From the NCBI GenBank assembly GCA_000182565.2, contig KQ257476.1: DNA of 64,000 nucleotides. One strand, 5' to 3'. Positions 61,426 to 64,000 of the stretch are shown here, piece by piece; positions within the stretch are counted from its first letter, which is position 1, and each line of letters opens with the position of its first letter. The notes under the pieces are model-generated. The model worked only from the letters and a program-made list of their open reading frames with translations. It was not told the DNA's origin and did no database searches. The translations under genes and the position numbers were made by a program. This DNA is from Spizellomyces punctatus DAOM BR117. Lineage: Eukaryota.

Positions 61426-62832
61426 TCATAAACATCTAAATATCATTCCTCCAACCCGGCCCACAACCATTTTTGGTAAAATCATTACCCGCCATATAAC
61501 CCACAAAGCAAATTGGACAATTTCGCCCGCAGCGGATGTCCACTTCTTGACACTGTTACGCAGTGTAAGGAACCACTCGTCATGTGAGGGTGCTGCATCC
61601 GCTGCTGCCAGTTCGATGTCGATATCTTGCCCAGTATTGGCACGGACGACTTGAATGAGACAGAGTAAATTTCTTGTTCCTTCATCTTCTTCTTCATCAG
61701 GGTTGGTCGATGGACATGGGCCCACGGTAAAATGAACCCAAGTGGGCACAGGATCTGATGATGTGTCCAGTTGAGAAGGCACCGCTGAGTCGAGGTATTT
61801 CGACGGCGATGGAGGAGGTGTAGGTAGAGGCGTGGACGGGTCGGCAATACTGGAGCTGCGGGAGGTAGATCGAGGACTTTGAGGGACTGAGGTTGCGGTG
61901 GAGAAAAGTGGAGGTTCAAGTGGGCTGGCAGAGGACGTGGCATCATGCGGAGAAACATTTTCAGGGGAGAATGTGGGAGATAGATGAGGTCGAAGTTCAG
62001 GTGCGAGGCCGATAGAGCGAGATCGGGCCCGTGCGGCCATGTACGCATTGACTTGTTCAAAAACTTCATCCGCATTTGCTTCGTCCGTGATCGTTTCATC
62101 AGGATTAGATACCATCTCAAAATCTTGCTTTTCTTCTTCATCATCAGCGGGAACTGCCACAGATCCCTCCCGCCCTTCGACAAGATCTCCATCTGCCCGC
62201 CCATCTTCTGTGCCTGACCAAGTCCAGCGAACCATAAACACAGCATAGCCATACGGTCTGCATGCCCGGCTCAACCCTCTGCATAGCTCCGCCACATCGT
62301 CCGGAGCCACAAAGCGCATTATGAAGCGATTCAAGAGGGACTCGGTATCATGTCCTAGAAACTGGGTCATGGGAAATGCTTGGACGATTCTACCGAAAGA
62401 GTTCAAGCGCAGCACAATAGTTTCCGTCGGTGGCGGGGTCTCTACGTTTCGCACATTGGTATCCTCGGAATCCACCTCAATAGCTCGTGACAGGTCTCGC
62501 ACATCCGTAATGTCTTCAAGAAACCAGACACTATACGCAATACCGTCTGTTTCGACTTGGTGCATGCACACCTGAATGAATCTGGTATCTTCTTCAGCGT
62601 CCTCCTCCGGTGCTAACACTCGCATCAATCTCACAGATCCAACATTGCGGTTCGGTACATCGGAAGAATCTGTGGCAACAAGTGTATTCCAGTCCCTGCC
62701 GACAATCGTTGAACCAGAAAAGAGACGTTCAGCAGAGGGCGACGCGGCAATGACCTTATTCTCCAAGTCAGTGAGAACGATAGCGCTGCTCGAAACCGGA
62801 CAAGAGGATATGAGGTGCGGAGACTCCTCCAT
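61426..62832 (-). CDS. PAS-domain protein with a C-terminal hydrophobic segment
   Basis: AIVLTDLENKVIAASPSAERLF..IVGRDW and IVLRLNSFGRIVQAFP..FLGHDTESLLNRFIMRFVAPDD (two PAS-like repeats). Confidence 0.8.
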   Translation of the reverse strand: MEESPHLISSCPVSSSAIVLTDLENKVIAASPSAERLFSGSTIVGRDWNTLVATDSSDVPNRNVGSVRLMRVLAPEEDAEEDTRFIQVCMHQVETDGIAYSVWFLEDITDVRDLSRAIEVDSEDTNVRNVETPPPTETIVLRLNSFGRIVQAFPMTQFLGHDTESLLNRFIMRFVAPDDVAELCRGLSRACRPYGYAVFMVRWTWSGTEDGRADGDLVEGREGSVAVPADDEEEKQDFEMVSNPDETITDEANADEVFEQVNAYMAARARSRSIGLAPELRPHLSPTFSPENVSPHDATSSASPLEPPLFSTATSVPQSPRSTSRSSSIADPSTPLPTPPPSPSKYLDSAVPSQLDTSSDPVPTWVHFTVGPCPSTNPDEEEDEGTRNLLCLIQVVRANTGQDIDIELAAADAAPSHDEWFLTLRNSVKKWTSAAGEIVQFALWVIWRVMILPKMVVGRVGGMIFRCL

Positions 62833-63332
62833 GAGCAAAAAATTGTAGTGTGAGCGGTGCAGAGTGCGGGGATTTGCGCGTTGAACGTCGCGAGAACGAG
62901 ACTGCCCAGCCGAAGGGGGGAATAAGGTCAGCACACCCAATGTCCAGAACTGTCGGCCACACGAGAGCCACACACCTGCCACAAACTAAGCACAACCGAA
63001 ATCAAGAACGTCATCGGCGAAATTAAAAGAAAAGTTTAATTTGGACACGTTTTTGTGGATCTGTTTTGCATCACGTGGGGTTGTTGGACAGTTTGTCCAT
63101 TTATGGAAAGTTTATGGATGATGTCATCAATATGCTAACCAGCTGTGCCACACTTAACCGCCGGAACACATTCTGACCCGACAATGTGGAATTAACGGGT
63201 GATCCGCCGGCCAATTCCACAGGCTCTTACCGCGTTTGTTTAATGAAATTAGGAGGGAAATGATCGAGTCTCTCAAAACCTGGCTGCTCTGCTCTGGCTG
63301 TTGCTTCAATTCGTTGAACGCATTTACACCAG

Positions 63333-64000
63333 ATGCTCTCAAGTTCCCTGCCGGCTATTCGACTTTGCATCCTAGGTGCACGTAGCGTTACGTCGTCCTC
63401 TCGCTGTTGCGCCGCAGCACTATCTTCTTTCGGACGTTCATCCCTTGCAGGCACCTTTCCCACCTCCTCACCCAGCCTCATGCAATCGACCAGGACGGCT
63501 GCGAATGTTGCAACTGTTGAGTCGTTTTCAAAAGAACAGTTGCACCCCCGTTCTCTAAAGTCCTCTGAACCGCCGACAGTTCCTACAATTGACTTTGGTT
63601 CATTTAATAATGTGACTGGTGAAGGTGCAAAACACGTCGCTGACCAAATTCTGAAAGCCGCCCTGGATACAGGTATTGCTCTCCATTTGCTAGGTCCCTT
63701 GGTGCGCGCTGCTTTCTGAATCACGCTTGTACTGGGACAGGCTTCTTCTACCTCTCCAATCACGGGGTTCCTCAAAAAGACATTGACGATATGTTTGAAC
63801 TGGTAAGTTATTATATTACCGTCCACCGCCAAATGGTTTATGGTTAATTTTGGCCGCCTGCATCGTAGACGAAGAGATTTTTTGCAAAAGGGAGTGCCCA
63901 TAATGCCAAATATCCGTACAACCCAGAAATAAACTCTGGCTATCTTGGAATCGCAACAGAAAGGTACGCTCCTGGACTAATGCATACGTAGCAATAGTGA
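63333..64000 (+). CDS. 2OG-Fe(II) oxygenase (DIOX_N), 5' part, runs off the window
   Basis: VPTIDFGSF..VADQILKAALDT|GFFYLSNHGVPQKDIDDMFEL|TKRFF..NSGY. The N-terminus resembles a mitochondrial targeting peptide. Confidence 0.88.

Overview
Eukaryotic, intron-rich genomic DNA. It most likely comes from a zoosporic (chytrid-type) fungus, inferred from short GT-AG introns with fungal-like branch sites and an axonemal dynein heavy chain. There are three N gaps. Ordinary genes: an F-BAR/RhoGAP, a Ser-rich multi-exon gene (possibly HAUS6-like), an IDO-family heme dioxygenase, a 7TM-like membrane protein, a DOCK-family GEF, a secreted A1 aspartic protease, an axonemal dynein heavy chain, DUF4112, a GNAT, a BTB/Cys-rich protein, a claudin-like protein, a PAS protein, the start of a 2OG-Fe(II) oxygenase, and three tRNA genes (2x Asn-GTT with introns, Pro-AGG). 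Between them lie accessory islands (about 1-0.2 kb, 10.5-13.6 kb, 25.2-29.8 kb, 31.3-34.7 kb and 49.5-53.8 kb) built from a recurring set of modules. Module A is an orphan Pro/Ala-rich gene family with a hydrophobic tail. Module B is a decayed CxxC/HNH-like nuclease gene, and module C is an unknown gene. The islands also hold a ~170-bp fold-back palindrome and 'telescoped' or permuted DED1/Vasa-type DEAD-box fragments. A putative LOTUS + exonuclease-like + ycf45/SpoIIIAA ATPase gene sits next to an inverted-repeat-bounded mosaic of fragments of itself and of the BTB gene. The multigene mobile-like cassette and the LOTUS-ycf45 gene with its antisense mosaic are the most interesting signals. All homology calls come from motif recognition by eye, not from database searches.
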